From positions 8,375,403-8,439,402 of the forward strand of contig CM082587.2 of assembly GCA_040954595.2 (NCBI GenBank): a DNA stretch of 64,000 nt, given 5' to 3'. The DNA comes from Balanoglossus misakiensis. Taxonomy: Eukaryota; Animalia; Hemichordata. The notes beneath the pieces are model-generated. The model worked only from the letters and a program-made list of their open reading frames with translations. It did no database searches and was not told the DNA's origin. Within the stretch, counting starts at the first letter, position 1; the number at the start of each line of letters is the position of its first letter. The translations under genes were made by a program, and so were the position numbers. Positions 49,734 through 64,000 of this stretch are shown here, piece by piece.

Positions 49734-52700
49734 CTGGCAGAGGAAATTTAAAATGTTGGTCCTTTCTGTCGAAAGAAAATATTAAATGGTGACAACTTTA
49801 TACTTTTTATGGGTTGTTGTGTTTTATTTACACCAAAATGACACAATGAGAATCGGAAATTATCACAATGAGGTTTTCTAGCACTAAATACGCCATCACT
49901 CAGATAGGACGCTCACTTAGCACGTTGCAATTTTATTCAGTGAGGTTGCAGCTCCACTCAATGAAAAGATTACGTCTGCGTGACCCCCTGATTGTTCGTG
50001 CGCGATCTCTCTCTCCCCCTCTCTCTCTCATTCAACGGCTCTCAGTCCAAAACAGACATGAAAGTTCAAAACTGACATAATCATGCACAATTCTCACTCT
50101 CATTTCACCCATATGAGTACACGCTGAAGACTGTCAGCAAAATCAGAAGCCTACAACACAACAGTACACTAACGAGGTGCTAATCAGCGCGGTATCCCAG
50201 CCGGATACATTATGCATGCAAGCTCATTAAACGCTGCTAATCGCTTTCCCGCCTGTACCTCGCCTGCGGCCTCGGGAAATAGCATATGATTCTGGTAACC
50301 CACAGCCCCTCGGGTGTAATAAACGGCCGCTATGGCCCTCATGGCCAGGCAATAGGTGTTCAATATAACATGATGTACACATTTTCTGCTGGCTGAATCT
50401 CATCCCAGATGATTGCACAGCGCCCTCACAGTCAATATGTGCCTGCTCCCTCAAATCGGCTAACAAGCTCTAACAGGTCAAATATCACTTCCTTTATTCA
50501 TACTTTTTAAATTCCACTACACAATGTACAGTCATTTTAACTGTATCTGGAATATTAGCAAAGATAAAATACTACTTTTCTCATTTCATAAAAAGACAAA
50601 AAGCCACCATCTTTTGAAATTATTATTTGTTCATTTTTGTATGTATACAAACAGTACTGGACATCTCTCCAATCACAGATTTCATTCTGGTGGCCAAATA
50701 AAAACGTTGAACCACTTGCACACTGTTTTTAAAAAAGGCCATATATAAATTTGGAATGACTGTATACCTCCAAATGAAAAATGTTTTTAGATTGTACATG
50801 TTGAATGAGTGTGTGGGTCTCTTATTCTGATGACACACATATAAAAACATCACAATAATATAATTTTATGATGTCAGTTAAAATTATGTCATCATAGAGT
50901 TTCTGTATTAGGTTTATATTTGGATGTGATGAAAGCACTTGCAATGGATACTTCAACTCTTTTGAAGATGCAGCATACTCAGTAACTTCTCGACTGAAAC
51001 ATGGCAATGTCAGAAGATGGTGGCTGGTTTCTTGAAAAACTTGATGACTTGATATTCCGTACTACAATATCTCTGTACATCAATCATCAATAACATCTGT
51101 GTTATACAAAAAAAGTATATTACAAAGTCTATTTCCATATATATAGAAATAACGAAAAAAGACGAAATATTGGATTACATAGTGTCTGTTATAGGTGGCA
51201 AAACTGTAAGCATACCAGATTATCTTTACTCTGGTATTTATAAATGTAGTATTTGCGACAACAAAAATCACTAAAACCAACCAGAGCTATTGCACGGCAG
51301 TGAAATCTTAATTTCTTATGAATAATTCTACATCGTGTTTTCTTAGATGTGGAAAATGACTAACTGTAGTTGTGTAATCCAATTCAAAGAGTTTCTTCAA
51401 GTAACAACAAATTTTATAGCATCTGCAGCAGCCTGTTTCTGGATTTTTTCTTATTGGTTGATGGCGTTTATTTCAATAAAACACATCCATCAATTTGTAC
51501 CGTCGAATTTTTTGAGAGGGTTCACCTTAAAACAGGACCATCACTGAGTATTATGTCCTGTGTAAGCAAAGTAGCCATAATTCAACCGATCACTGTAGTT
51601 TCCCACTTCAAAAGTCACATCAAATATATTTTCAAAGAATTGCCTATTTGGTCTTTCAATCAAAACCACATTTCTAGTTTAATAGCACCCAGTTGATTAA
51701 GTGTATTTTTTCAAAAAGCAGAGAACTTAAATTCCAAAGTTTTGTCATTAAAAAGTACAGCAGCCATAAAGTGTTCCTCAATCTCTGCTTTTTACACTAC
51801 TTTGGATAAATGTGACTCATTCATGACGACACATTTGGTCATGTCTCTGCAGTCCATCTTAATAATATGTCAAGAATTTAACTGCCAAATACCATTATAC
51901 TGAATACATAACAACATTTTAAACTACACTTTATAGGTTTCCATAGTTACAGATAATATGGATCATGTGATAGACTTTTTGCAAAAATGTTCATAAAATT
52001 TTACCAAGTACTGCACAAAGCTGTGAGGCATTGTACATACATACAATACTTGTAAAACTTTTATCGCATTTTGTGAAATGTGTTTGATATTTCTCACATC
52101 AGAACTGGGTACCACTTCATGTTGCAGGATTTGTACATGAAAAGTTACCAGGGTACATAAGTTCCTGGTCTTTTCCGCAGTCAAAAATGTCTCTTAGATT
52201 TTCCGGGATTACCCAGAGTGTACGAACCCTGATGCTGTGAAAATGTGGCCCTAGACTTGGAAAGTCATCTTTAAAACATTTAAAACCTGGAAAAAATCCC
52301 TCTTAAAATTGTTTCATAATTTCCTTCAACCAGAGTTCTAGGTTATGTAAAAATAAATGAAATGTGTGTACTTGTCCAGATATATACAACAAATTGTTAA
52401 GGATATATGTTTCTCGTCCAGTGTTGCTTAGAAATCAGTCAGTCTCCGGATAAACAGAGATTTATGTATGATGCAGGCAAAAAATGAAGTCATTTTAACG
52501 AATATGATACAGTAATGACTCGTGAGCCGAGGAAAATTTCTTGTGGAAGGCATAACACAGTCACACAAACAATCATCCCTGCTATTCTTCTATGATGTTT
52601 GTAAACATCATGAAGGGGCATTAGCTTTGATGATATTCTACAGAATTCTTTGTTATGTGATTAATTACGGTTTCTTGTTCTACCCTTTTATGCATGCTGA

Positions 52701-52856
52701 AATAGTATTGGGCTTGCAGTACGGCCTTTGATGCGAGATCTCCCTAACTCAAAATTACCCCATTGTCACCACCAATGAATGTGACATCAAAAACATACAG
52801 ACTAGTTTCAAGGGGATTGTGGTTGATACACAACAAAAATACCCCCCCCCCCCCCA

Positions 52857-52887
<31 letters not shown>

Positions 52888-53055
52888 AAGTTTTCCCTTT
52901 CATACGTACAAAAGTTGTAACCTTCTACTTCATCCATGTATAAGCTTATTTGAAAACCAGTCACTGACATGGAACTTTAAAAGGGAATTGTCTAACTGCA
53001 GTTATAATTCTGTTTGTGTTGCTACCTATTTTCTGGAACAAGTTTGTTGGCAATT

Positions 53056-56000
53056 TCATTCTTGCTTCTTATAGACGGCATGGTAGGCATTTCTGAGCAG
53101 TACAAACGGAAAACAGGATTCCAACAGGTCCATGGTAAGAAATGGGGATTCTTGAACAATCTGAAAATCAAATCAACTCCTTGTCAGTGATATAGTTTCT
53201 GACACATGTATATTGCAAATAATTGGTTTGAAATTAACTTGCTATGCGCAATAATTGCTGCACAGATTACAAGCAGAAGAACATTTCCCCGAACAACAAA
53301 CAGTACATCTTTGTATATTAGTAATAAAACAGTAAGTGGATGGGGCTTTATTTCCTATATCAGTCAGCTGTTTAATATGATTCAACATAATGCTCACATG
53401 AAGTCACTTCTTCATAAGAACAAAAGTTGCATGTCTTTGAACCAAGGACAAAAGAGGAACAAACACATGTTGTATGTTTCTATAGGGGGGGTTACACGTG
53501 CCTGTTTACTCCGGACCTGACACCGGATTAAATTTAACCCGGTGTCAGTTTGACGTGTGACCAGACAACTCCGGACTAACACCGCATTAAAATAATCCGG
53601 AGTCGGAGGGGTGGTTCAGGTACGGTGCGCCGTCTTAAACAATGACCTCTTCACACGTGTGACCCGATCGCCGAACTAAACACCGCACTAAATCTTGTCT
53701 TCCGGCTCGCGGTCATTACCACGATGGACAGCGTTCAAGCAAGATGCTCCCGCGATCGCGGCAACAATTGGTCAGATGACGAAGTCAAACTACTGATTTC
53801 AATCTGGAAAGACGAAAACGTTATCCGTATGATGGACGGCACGTCGAGGGATAGGCGAGTGTATGGGGTCATCGCTGCCAAGGCCAGGGAGAAGGGACTC
53901 GACAGAACCGCGGAGCAATGTCACAACAAAATCAAACGGTTGCGAAACCAATACAAAACTGTTTCCGACCACAACCGTCGTTTTGGCGATTGTGGTTAAG
54001 TTGAGTTAGCCCAGTGAATACTGCTGAGGGCGCTTGACCCGAACTAAATTTAGAGCTTGTAAATTGACGTGTAAACGAGCGTTCTCCTAAGTCGCTGATA
54101 AGGAATGTTTACAGAGCGACAAATCCGATCAACTCAGGTTTAAAATTATTCACGTGTAACCCCAGCATATATCGTACACAACATACAACAATGACACACC
54201 ATGTAAATAGTTAACCACACACCAGTGCCAAGGACATCCACACTACCAGACATCTGCATTAAAATACCAAGCAATGTTCATGATGTTTGACTTTCTTGTA
54301 CACTTACCTCATCTAATAAAAGATAGACAGATTCTCTGTTACGAATCACAAGTTTGTCTGTTTCTTGACCAAGCCTTAGTAGACTGGATGATGCAAGCTG
54401 TGAATACAACAAATCATGGAAATTCTCTAATTCAGGGAGTCACTTCTACAACCTGGGATTCATGATTTCAAAGTTACGTATTTCTAATAATAATACAATC
54501 TCTTGATGCCCTATCATTGGCCCCGATCACTGGCCTTGAACCAAGATGAAATCACAACTAATGTATAAGTTGTTCAAAAAATCACTGAAAAGTGTCAAAT
54601 ATGACAAAAGCACAACACAGACAAAACACTAACACAATGAATGACTCAATACTTACAGCTAGGAATTCTTTCAATCTGTCTTCCACATCACCTTTACCAT
54701 GGATAGTGAATAAGGCACCGGCTATTCCATTGACAGCTTTGGCTATACAGTGACTGTTATTGGCATTACCTGTCAACCACAAACATCAGACAACGTAGGT
54801 CACAAATCGGAGGTAAAGTGTACTCAAATACACAGAAGATTGATGTAACAATCTCAATCTTTTCATTCAGCTGCTTATTTGTATTCAACATTTATGAAGT
54901 TATTTTGAAAAGTGAACGGTGTGCGAAATTAAGAGAAAATAGCTCATAAGGACCTGCACCAAGCCAAAGCTTCAGGTCCCCACAGAAAACTGCCGGTCCC
55001 TTCAAAATGCAGTTGTTGAAGACCTGTATTACTATTACAGTCAACACTCTCTCCCCTGAATAGTGAATACAATGTACTATGCTTTTGAATGTTGCATGAA
55101 AATATTATTCTTTTCAACATATTGCAATAAAAGAGACCGAGCTAAAATTGAGTTATTTATTTTCTACAACTGTTTGTTATTTTACTTTAGAAAAAAATAT
55201 GCCTGATTGGCTTCTACACTTGACTTCTTCTGTTTGTTCCCTATTTCGCATGTTTGAAGTGAGTCTGCTAAACCTCACTAATCAGCCTCTTAGATAACTT
55301 CCCACATAATGCTGACCGACAGAAAACATGATAAAAAGACACACACCTTCCAAGTAAGCCTTGTAGAAGGAATTCTCACTTCTGGCCAATGTGGGTATAG
55401 CCACTGCTACAAAAACCATCAATAGACATGATATTCTGTAATCATCTTCTGCATTATCTGAAAGAAGAAAACAAGAGTTACAACACTATTACTGTTGCTT
55501 GTGATACTGTAAAACGGGTTATTTTCGCGACAGGAAATTTTCGCGACATCAAAAGAGGCAACTGATTAATCTTGGCATTCTCGGATTTCACTGCATCGTA
55601 AGCTCCGAAAAACATTTTTACGTGACTTTTTACTTTCACGTTTTTTTGGCTCTCGCACATTTCGTGAACATTTATTGCTCGCGAAAATAACCCGTTTCAC
55701 AGTACACTGAATGATCTGGCAACATGATACACATTGTTGGATATACAGTCAATTCGGTGGGCAATCTACAGCCATAGCCAAGATACAGTGACAAAATCAC
55801 ACAAATTTCTGTCAGAAGTCCAAACACTGAATTAAAATATAGCATCAAGCACACTGTACCCCATTTAAGGATTACACGGAAATACATTGTAGGCATACAC
55901 CAGAATAAAAATCACAGGTGAAATTGGCAATCAGATATGACCTAATGATGAGGAAGCTGTTCAAATGACATTTAGAATTTGCCGAATGTTTTCTACATTG

Positions 56001-59000
56001 ACTGGTCAAAATATATTGTGTCATCACCAACACAGCTGAGTTTAGAGGCCATGAGAGCAAAACTGAACAACATCCTGTGAAATGTGAAAATGCATAAAAA
56101 CTGCAACCCATGAGACTTTAAAGTGCAAATGTCCAACCTGATCTTTGCTGTCTCAGTGCAGACACCAGTGCAGGATCGATATCACAGGGCAAACCAGCAG
56201 CTGCCGCCATTTCATTGACGATCTCCGTCTCTTTGCCAGCCGGCACGTGCTCACGGAAATCAACAATGGCACTTTGCAGGAAAGGGATGCGACGAGACAG
56301 CACCTGTGGAGAACAAGTGAAAAGAATGGGACTCAACTGAAGAAATGAATAAAATGAAAAACATATGCCATTGCAGTTATCACTATTGATACAGGACTAC
56401 AGACATGTTGAAACTTCGTTCAAGTGTAGTATATTGGTCACAAACGGTCAACAGAAGACTTCATGGATTTCATCATTGTCATTTCCAATAAAATTCACTC
56501 AAATTTCATATTTCTGATCAGTCATGTTGTTGATATTGACATTTCTATAGTTACATGTAAAGCAATAGGCATTTCTATGGATTGTTGATCACAACTGCTA
56601 CATGTCATACAAAGTATTGAAACACGACAAAGACTAGTGTCTGGTATGCTGCACACAGTGAATAGGAAGTGATACACACAACAGGCCAGACACTTTCAAT
56701 GGTTCAGGTGAAAGTCCAACTTACGTCACTGAGAGCATCCTGTGCCAGAGACCGGAATGCTAAGATCACACCAATTATTGTCATGCGCTGAATTACATTG
56801 TCAACATCTGAAAAATTGAAACATTTCACAAATTTATGTTTGATTGTCTACTAAAGAAGTTCAAGGAATTTTATAAAGACATTCAATGAAGAATGTGAAA
56901 AATTAATGGCTATTCACAAAGTTAAACACTTCTGTTGACTACACCAATGTACGTGACATAAATATACACTATTGATCATACAATGTACACATAAAACACA
57001 TGCAGTCAAACCTGTGTTAGTGACCACCTATATATAGTGACCACCTCTATACATGTTTAGTGGCCACAATGTTACAGTCCCTGTGCAACTTACATTTGCA
57101 TTAATAGACCTGTTTATAAAGACATCCTGTCTATAAAGGCCAGTTTAGGAAAATCTCTTGACTGGCCACTATAGACAGGTTTGACTGTACATGTACCAAT
57201 ATTTGCAATTCTAAACATGATTATATTTTTACTTACGCCTCAATCTTCTGAACAATTCCAACATTTCACCTGGCTTGTCAAAGTTAGTGCGCAATGCGGA
57301 CAAAACATCCTTGTTCAATGTCACCAGTTTCTGTCAATGATAGAAATCAATCTCATTTCACTGAGATGTCACATTCTTCCCCAGAAACAAAGCAACTATA
57401 TGACTGACAGGAGACGAAAACATGGCCAGCCTCATCAAGCTACCAGTCATAACTGACACTGTACGTGAGAATCCCAGACTCATCTTGATAAAGGCAGCCA
57501 TATTATGGCAACTTCCATCCCATTTGTAGGATATGAGTGTAAAAATCTCGCCAAAATGAATAAACAGTAGAGACCAATTATTCATTTTGGCGAGTTTTTC
57601 ACTCTCGTGTCTACAAGTTGGATGGAAGTTGTGTGCGGTCGAACGTTGATACACTATATATCCACATGTAGAATAAAATAACCAGTGTCTTGTATCAAAC
57701 ATAATTAATGGAAAAGGGGCAGCCAGAGAGAGACGTTGTCCCTTAAACACTGACATTTGATTAAACTATTGGGGGCAAATACAGTGACTGTAATATACCA
57801 TAAGACATAGGATCAATGTCTAATATACCTTGAGTTCTGACACCTGGCTTGAGATATGCCACATCAAACTTTCATTCAAAAACTTCATGCCGTATGGTCC
57901 CAACAGTTCACTCAAAGCTTGTAATTCTGAAAAGTCAGAAAAATCAAAGAAAGGTAATTAGACACACTTGCTTAGCTGCAGTAAGGAATTACTGTCTTAC
58001 TGCAAGAAGGAGTGAGCTGAGGTAGTTTCAATACGAAATTCATACCAAAAGTTGTGATAAAATAAGGGAATCAATGCTATATGCTGAAGGTATGTACAGC
58101 CTGTAACAGGTACCTTCAAAACGTGTCATTTGTGAATTAAGTCCCTGTGCAGTCAGTGGTGTCCAGATCTTTAATTTACTGTCTTTTTCCTATCTTACAG
58201 GGTAATGATAAAATTTATTCCACCAAAAAAACCCAAGGTAATACGAGGTAATGGTGTTAATAATTATATGTTATTTTATGAATGACAATATCAATAAGAA
58301 ATGCTTTTTTGTCGGAGGTTCGCCAAACCTGCAAAATGGCAGTGAGCATTCAATTCATTTGACCTCGGGTAACTATCTGTTTGGGTATAGTATGTTACAA
58401 ACCTGCGCATGATTATCTTTTAGTAAGCCACTACGCGACCACTGGGCGACTATTAGAAATACTCAACTCACCTGAAACATCTGAATATTCCTCAGCATTG
58501 ATGTTGATTTGGCTATCAGGAGACAGACTGACAAATGCCTTGTGATTGGGTGAAAAACAGATGTTACCAGTGCTCACCTGGCGAAGTAACACCTCCAAAT
58601 ACCTAACAACAAAGTTTGGTCATAAAAATATTATAATAATTATGGAGACAAGATATGGAAATGTTAACCCTATCCTATCAACACCCATTTCATCGCCATA
58701 TTTTAGTTCAATCTAATTGTTTTCATTAGTGAGGTTCGACTCAGGTACAGTGTGAAAGGTCTAATTTAAGAGGTGCTTGATTAAGGGAACATGATGACCT
58801 GTCTGATATGGAATGAAAATAACTGTGAACGAGATTGTGCATCTTTCATTTTACAGTCACTGCAAATATTTCTGGTACTGGTATTTTTAGAACCAATAGT
58901 TCTTGCTCTACCACTTTACCAGACAGAATTTCTCCTGGCAACATCCAAAACATAGCTGCATTACACCAATGCCTTTAAAACACCTATTTATTGACTCCAG

Positions 59001-62000
59001 GCTCCTATGCAACATTAATGCTAATGATATGTAAACAATATGCAAATTAATATGCAAATTAGAACATTACAACAATCTGCAAGCCATTTTTAAAAGTGGC
59101 TTTCACATAAAAGCATAGTACATGAATCTGCTTTCTTTTATGAACTGAACTGGAAGAAAATGTACTCACCAATTTGTGTAGATATTCGTGACTGTTTTGT
59201 CTCCATGGCTATCCAAGGGCTGTGTTTGTTGTAGCAACACATTGTTGAAAACTCTTGTAATGTCAATATGAACTATAAACAAAACAAAACAAAATAGGAT
59301 AATTTCTAACCATTCACTATTTTACTACACCAGATGAACTACATCTTGGATTTACCTTATTTTGTCAATCAGGAAATTAAGCATCTCACTTCCATGTCAG
59401 AGTATCAGCATTTAGCACAAAAGATGTAACTAAAACATCAAAGGTTGAGTTTAGTAGCTTTCAGAAGAAACATGAAAACATATTGTTTGGCAAGGACAGT
59501 GATCGGAATATATTAAACCAAGGTCTTTTGTTTAATTACTCCAATAGTATAGAACTTATACAACTTATCACAGTATATTAACTTGTCTTGCCATTGGTTG
59601 TCATGATGGTAAAGTATCACTGTGTTATGGGATCAGCATGGTGGATAGACACTTACCATAGTTTTCAATGCTCTGTAGGACAGACATGTACGTTCTGACA
59701 CTGGCCAACAATTCTGATGGTTTAGCGATCTCATTACTGTCAGGATTGTACATCATCATGCCAACCACAGCTCTGTGATGTAATCAAACAGAAATATATA
59801 TGAATAGGTAGGTGCTGATTTTGTGTGATATTAATTATGGAATAGTTACCGTAAAACACTTTTTTTTCGCGAGTTAAAATTCTCGCGATATCGAGAGAGG
59901 CCACTGTTTCGCGAGTATTAATTTTCGCGTTCTCTTATTTTATTCACTGCATCGTTATCTTCAAAAAAAATTACGCAACTTTTTATTTTCACGCCATCAT
60001 GTTTTGTAAACAACTACAATAATAATACATTCAGTGACTGAATCCCGCAATAAGCAAGACTAAGAACCACACAGCAAACTTACTTGTTAAATCTGGCCTC
60101 TAAATGAGAGATGAGATACTCCCTTGGTGAAAAGGTATGTTCCCAGGTTTCTATTGATTGTGTGTAGTTGATGGCATAACATAACTCTGTCAGTTCCATG
60201 TGGTATTTATCCATTCTGCAGGAAAGTAAATAGTTGGAACTGTGTAATACAGGACAGGCAGGCACCCCCTGGTCATTTACCATCCAGATAAATACCACCC
60301 ACCAATTACATCAGACGGATTATCACAGGTGTCCAGGGGGAATGTCCTAGAATTGCAAAATATCACTACCTGACAAGCCAATGTTTGGGATATATATTAT
60401 TACCGGTATAAAGTCCCAATAGATTAAGAAACCATTTAAATGGAATCAGTCTGGAGATATGTTTTAAATTCAATAAGTAGTGTTTCTGCTGATTTCTCAA
60501 TAGCTAGATGAAACTCAATAACTGAGTGGACCACTTAACCCTATCACCACAATGGTTTGGTCCAACTCCAATGTTTTCAATGGCAATGAAATGCTGGACC
60601 TGTAATGGTTTATATGGAAATGGGGATGAAAAGGTTAAATTTGAGGACTTACTCTGTGAAATCTTCCCTCGTTTTTCGTTTACTTTCTTCGCCAGGTTTT
60701 TCAGGTTCTTGTAAAGCCTTGTTCCTCATGTCTTTGTTTTTCTTCTTCTTGGCTTGCTGGAAAGCTATGAGTTGGACGCAGTTTTTCGGCAGCAACTGTA
60801 ACACAACAGTTGGAATCAGTATCTGTTAGTAAGTTCGCATTGCTGAAACACTGTACTATGACAGTTGGACATTATTGAAACAATGTATCAGTCTGTGGCT
60901 AGATGATTGTTACATTTCCCAACAGATCTACAGTACATGTACAGTCTACTGTCAAATCGGGGATGTACTCTCCTTGATTGTAACAGAGCTAGGGTTTTTG
61001 TGAATGTGAAGTCCGTAATTTAACCAGCAAAAATCATTTCAAGAAAATGCCAAACATTTCCCCCTTGCAGATGAAAGTGGTCTACCTTATCATTGAGTGC
61101 ACAATGCACAGAGCAGATATTTGTGATGATGTTTTTGGCTTCCTTTGCCATTTCATCTAGGAAAAGATTGACTGCGGAAAGACTTCTATCGCCAACGTGG
61201 TGCCTCTGTCAACAACAACAACAACAAAAAAACATGTTAAAAGTACAGTATTTCTATTTACACATATCACTTGTCTTTGGCAAAGTTACTATTCACAGCA
61301 CCTGATATAGCTATAAAAACACCCGCATACTTTCTGTAGGATTACACATTTTACCAGGTATATAATTTCCAATTTATAATTTTGTCTAAAATTACCTCTT
61401 CAGGACACAGGTCATGTGTACAATTCAGGAAATGGCTGCAGATCAGTGGGAATGCAATGATAAAGCGGGCCTGTGATGGCATATCCAGACACTGGCGGAA
61501 ATATTTCTCAAAGCAGCCGGTGTAATGACTAGAAAAAAACAGAGGAGAGATGCTAAAATTAGTAACAGAATCAGTACGTTCACTGCAATAACATTTTTTT
61601 GCTTCTTTTTCATTTTTGTGTGTTACAGTTTGGTAGCGTGGCTGTTTTCTGCTAACAGTATCCCTGGATTTGCGACATCATGGTACACAATAAAACTTAT
61701 TGGCACTAACCAGAAGATACTGAGATCAGATGTCTCTGTCAGCATTTCATCCAGATAATCCACCATCTTTGTATGGAAACATATTGTATTCAAAGTCTTG
61801 GCCAATTCTCCGTGTTCACGTAACACCAGGGCTGCTCTGTTCACACTGGTGTATGCCTGCAAATCAGAGATGTGTTGAAGAATGAGTATTGTATATCTAC
61901 ACCAGAATGTAACTAATAGTGCACACTTGAAATGAAGTTGAATGTACTTAATGTTTAAAGGGACAAAGTCTCTCTCTCGCCGCCCCTTTTCCATTAATTA

Positions 62001-62917
62001 TGTTTGATGCAAGATACTATTTATGTTATTCTACATGTGGATATATAGTGAATGAACATTCAACCAAACACAACTTCCATCCCATTTTTAGCATATGAGA
62101 GTAAAAATCTCGCCCAAATGAATAAATGGTAAACACTGATTATTCATTTTGGCGAGTTTTTGGCGTGTTTACAAGTGGGATGGAAGTTGTGTGTGGAAAC
62201 TGTTTTCTGAACAATATATGTAATGTAAAATTTTGATCATTGAAAGCAAACAGTTGGGCAAAATACCCAAATGCAAAATAATTCAAAGATAACATATTTT
62301 GACATGATAGGGACTGAGATCACTTTTCTAAATTTTGCAGAGATATAAGTTGTAAGAACTGTAATCCAGAGGGTAGGGCTATATATAGTGAAGTACCTGA
62401 AGTCTAAACCAGTCTAGACGAAGTCCTCGGAAATCAAACAGTTCTCCTTCTTCAACTGTAAGACAAAAACAGTGGTTTTAGCAGAGGATAGTGACAAGAT
62501 GAAGAAACATGTTAAAGGTTGACGATCGTCTTCTGCACATGTGCCAAACCAGAGACTCTGGTTACAAAAATTGCATATAGTCAGTGCCTTATGGCAGTGT
62601 GCTGTCCTAACAACAGACAAGATGGCGGCGACCATAGTCTGTGTCAGAGATTGGGAAAAGACAGCAAACTGGGTGAAAAGAAGGGACAAAACTAGTCTAC
62701 TTAATGGTGTGCATGAAATATGGAAGGCAGCGAAGGCAGTCCACTATTTGAATGCATCGAACGCACAATTTTCAGAACATTTGGATTGAACGCAGTGTTC
62801 TCTCTAACATGGGTTCCTGTATTGCAAAAGCTTACCTTGTTTGACACTGAGTGATTGAATATCGCCGACAAATGATGACAACATGAAAGATTCATCTTCT
62901 GGACACACTGCTAAACT
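53056..62917 (-). CDS. NCKAP1: Nck-associated protein 1 (Nap1/Hem-2, WAVE complex), 3' 17 exons; the gene continues beyond the window
   Basis: Exons 62917-62836, 62455-62397, 61856-61711, 61528-61396, 61205-61086, 60795-60653, 60215-60084, 59772-59657, 59272-59170, 58602-58472, 57926-57829, 57330-57237, 56807-56725, 56303-56138, 55457-55347, 54769-54657, 54397-54308 and the terminal exon 53160-53056. Peptides [58 protein letters not shown] and [31 protein letters not shown] match NCKAP1. Confidence 0.96.
53485..54166 (+). mobile_element. Internally deleted Harbinger element retaining a Myb/SANT (trihelix) ORF, in the last NCKAP1 intron
   Basis: TIRs ggggttacacgtg / cacgtgtaacccc with a 3-bp flank duplication (ata). 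ORF 53724-53999 reads [14 protein letters not shown]...[18 protein letters not shown]. Confidence 0.85.
55507..55702. mobile_element. TA-flanked MITE
   Basis: TIRs ctgt(a/g)aaacgggttattttcgcga with TA on both sides. Confidence 0.8.
57003..57187. mobile_element. Tc1/mariner-like MITE
   Basis: cagtcaaacctgt ... acaggtttgactg-ta. Confidence 0.7.
57505..57745. mobile_element. Kolobok-like fold-back MITE (copy 2)
   Basis: Near-identical to 12140-12381. Confidence 0.7.
60539..60634. mobile_element. ~95-bp piggyBac-like MITE (related copies at ~17457-17545 and ~58665-58762)
   Basis: ttaa-ccct.tcacc...gg.tgaaa.gg-ttaa, with a shared internal atggtttggtccaa...tggacct. Confidence 0.55.
61955..62195. 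mobile_element. Kolobok-like fold-back MITE (copy 3, showing the opposite terminus)
   Basis: Starts ttaaagggacaaagtc and has the same internal palindrome as 12100-12381. Confidence 0.7.
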
Positions 62918-64000
62918 CTGTAAAGAGAGACGGACATAAAGCTCAGTTGACCTCATTTGCATGTGACCTTTCACCCAAAGAATTCATGACTCGCTCCTGT
63001 ATGGTAACATACAACCTGTAACATTGCCCAACTTCTAGTTGTCAATGTAGAAACTGAGTTAGAGATCATTTTATGTCTTACTAAATATTAATGCTTCAGG
63101 CCTTAGGACAACTCATGAATGCAAACTTTTTATGTGAAAAATGCTATATTTTGACATGGATGTGAATAGATACAAAAGATATGAATGAAACCTCAATATG
63201 AGCACCTTAGCACCCAAATTTTGAAATGAAAAGACTGGTTAAAATCACATTTTTTTGGTTCTGTTCATCAGCTCTTGTTTTCTTGTTCTACACCCCTGAA
63301 CCAAGTTAAAGGTATACAGTCACCTCTAATTTACATATGCCCATATATGGCTGAAATGGCGTATTTAAGCATTCTAAAGAACATATTGTGGGGCTCTTTT
63401 TTTCGCATGTGCCACCCACTGAAAATCTGTGGTTGGCTAGAAGATCTCAATTTGCTACGGTAACTATAGCTAATTTTTCATAGGTAACCATATAGCTTTA
63501 ATACAGCCACTGTCATGTCTGTCAAACACATTTCTGTATAGGAAAGCATTGCTTTTGAAGACACTGTACTGTAGTGCAGACTACAAATTTCAATCATTGC
63601 CGATAACAATGCAAACTACAAACATACAGACAGAGTTGGCAAGTTGAATATTTCCGCATGCTTCAAAATTCTAGTAAATGTACCATAAAAGACAGATAAC
63701 AAACAATAATTCAATAATGATCCACAGTTACCGATACTGTCAGTTTTATGGAATTTTGTATATTGTTGCGGTGTTGACAGGTTGTATGGTAACAACAGGA
63801 TTTGCTTGGTCGCGAAGACCCATTGTACAACTGAGATCAGCACACATGACAAACACAAATCTATAGAGGGTGAAAGGAATGGTGATTGTGTGTAATTAAC
63901 AAAGAACAGATGGGTGATCCAGTGCACAGAGGATGTTACAGACCCTTTAACCCAGGAGAAACACACAAAATGCAACAAAAGATGTTATCAAAGGAAAATA

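Noticed and set aside
50480-53055. Short ORFs downstream of NCKAP1
   Set aside because: AT-rich, no domains; most likely 3' UTR or intergenic sequence.
1-64000. tRNA, rRNA or intronic snoRNA genes
   Set aside because: None could be recognised by eye. tRNAscan-SE or Infernal would be needed to exclude them.

Overview
This is AT-rich, intron-containing animal genomic DNA; the repeat content and domain mix suggest a marine invertebrate (inference). From left to right: (1) about 8 kb of decayed DNA-transposon debris, with two YqaJ-type exonuclease remnants, a PHD finger, degenerate C2H2 fingers and a degenerate satellite; (2) an intact 12-exon LIV-1-subfamily ZIP zinc transporter (+, 8931-16997); (3) a pseudogenised TDP-43-like N-terminal exon followed by a frameshifted G2E3-like HECT domain (19.7-22.1 kb); (4) an apparently intact 9-exon, ~3456-aa NLR-like gene (-, 38781-25428) encoding a DED, ~28 Ser/Thr/Pro repeats, a degenerate GT-B glycosyltransferase, a coiled coil, a TRADD-N-like domain, a NACHT remnant with no P-loop, and 38 near-identical 28-aa LRRs; (5) a cluster of fold-back elements; (6) a second, headless 33-unit copy of the same LRR array (-, 47765-43480) with its own variants, fused to a broken acidic ORF; (7) the 3' 17 exons of NCKAP1 (-). 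The most interesting feature is the pair of LRR arrays. Variation is concentrated in a few mostly non-synonymous codons, the arrays share rare variants, and their flanks differ unevenly in divergence. This could indicate a donor-cassette or gene-conversion system that diversifies an innate immune receptor. All exon models and counts were made by hand from the sequence; no database search was run.
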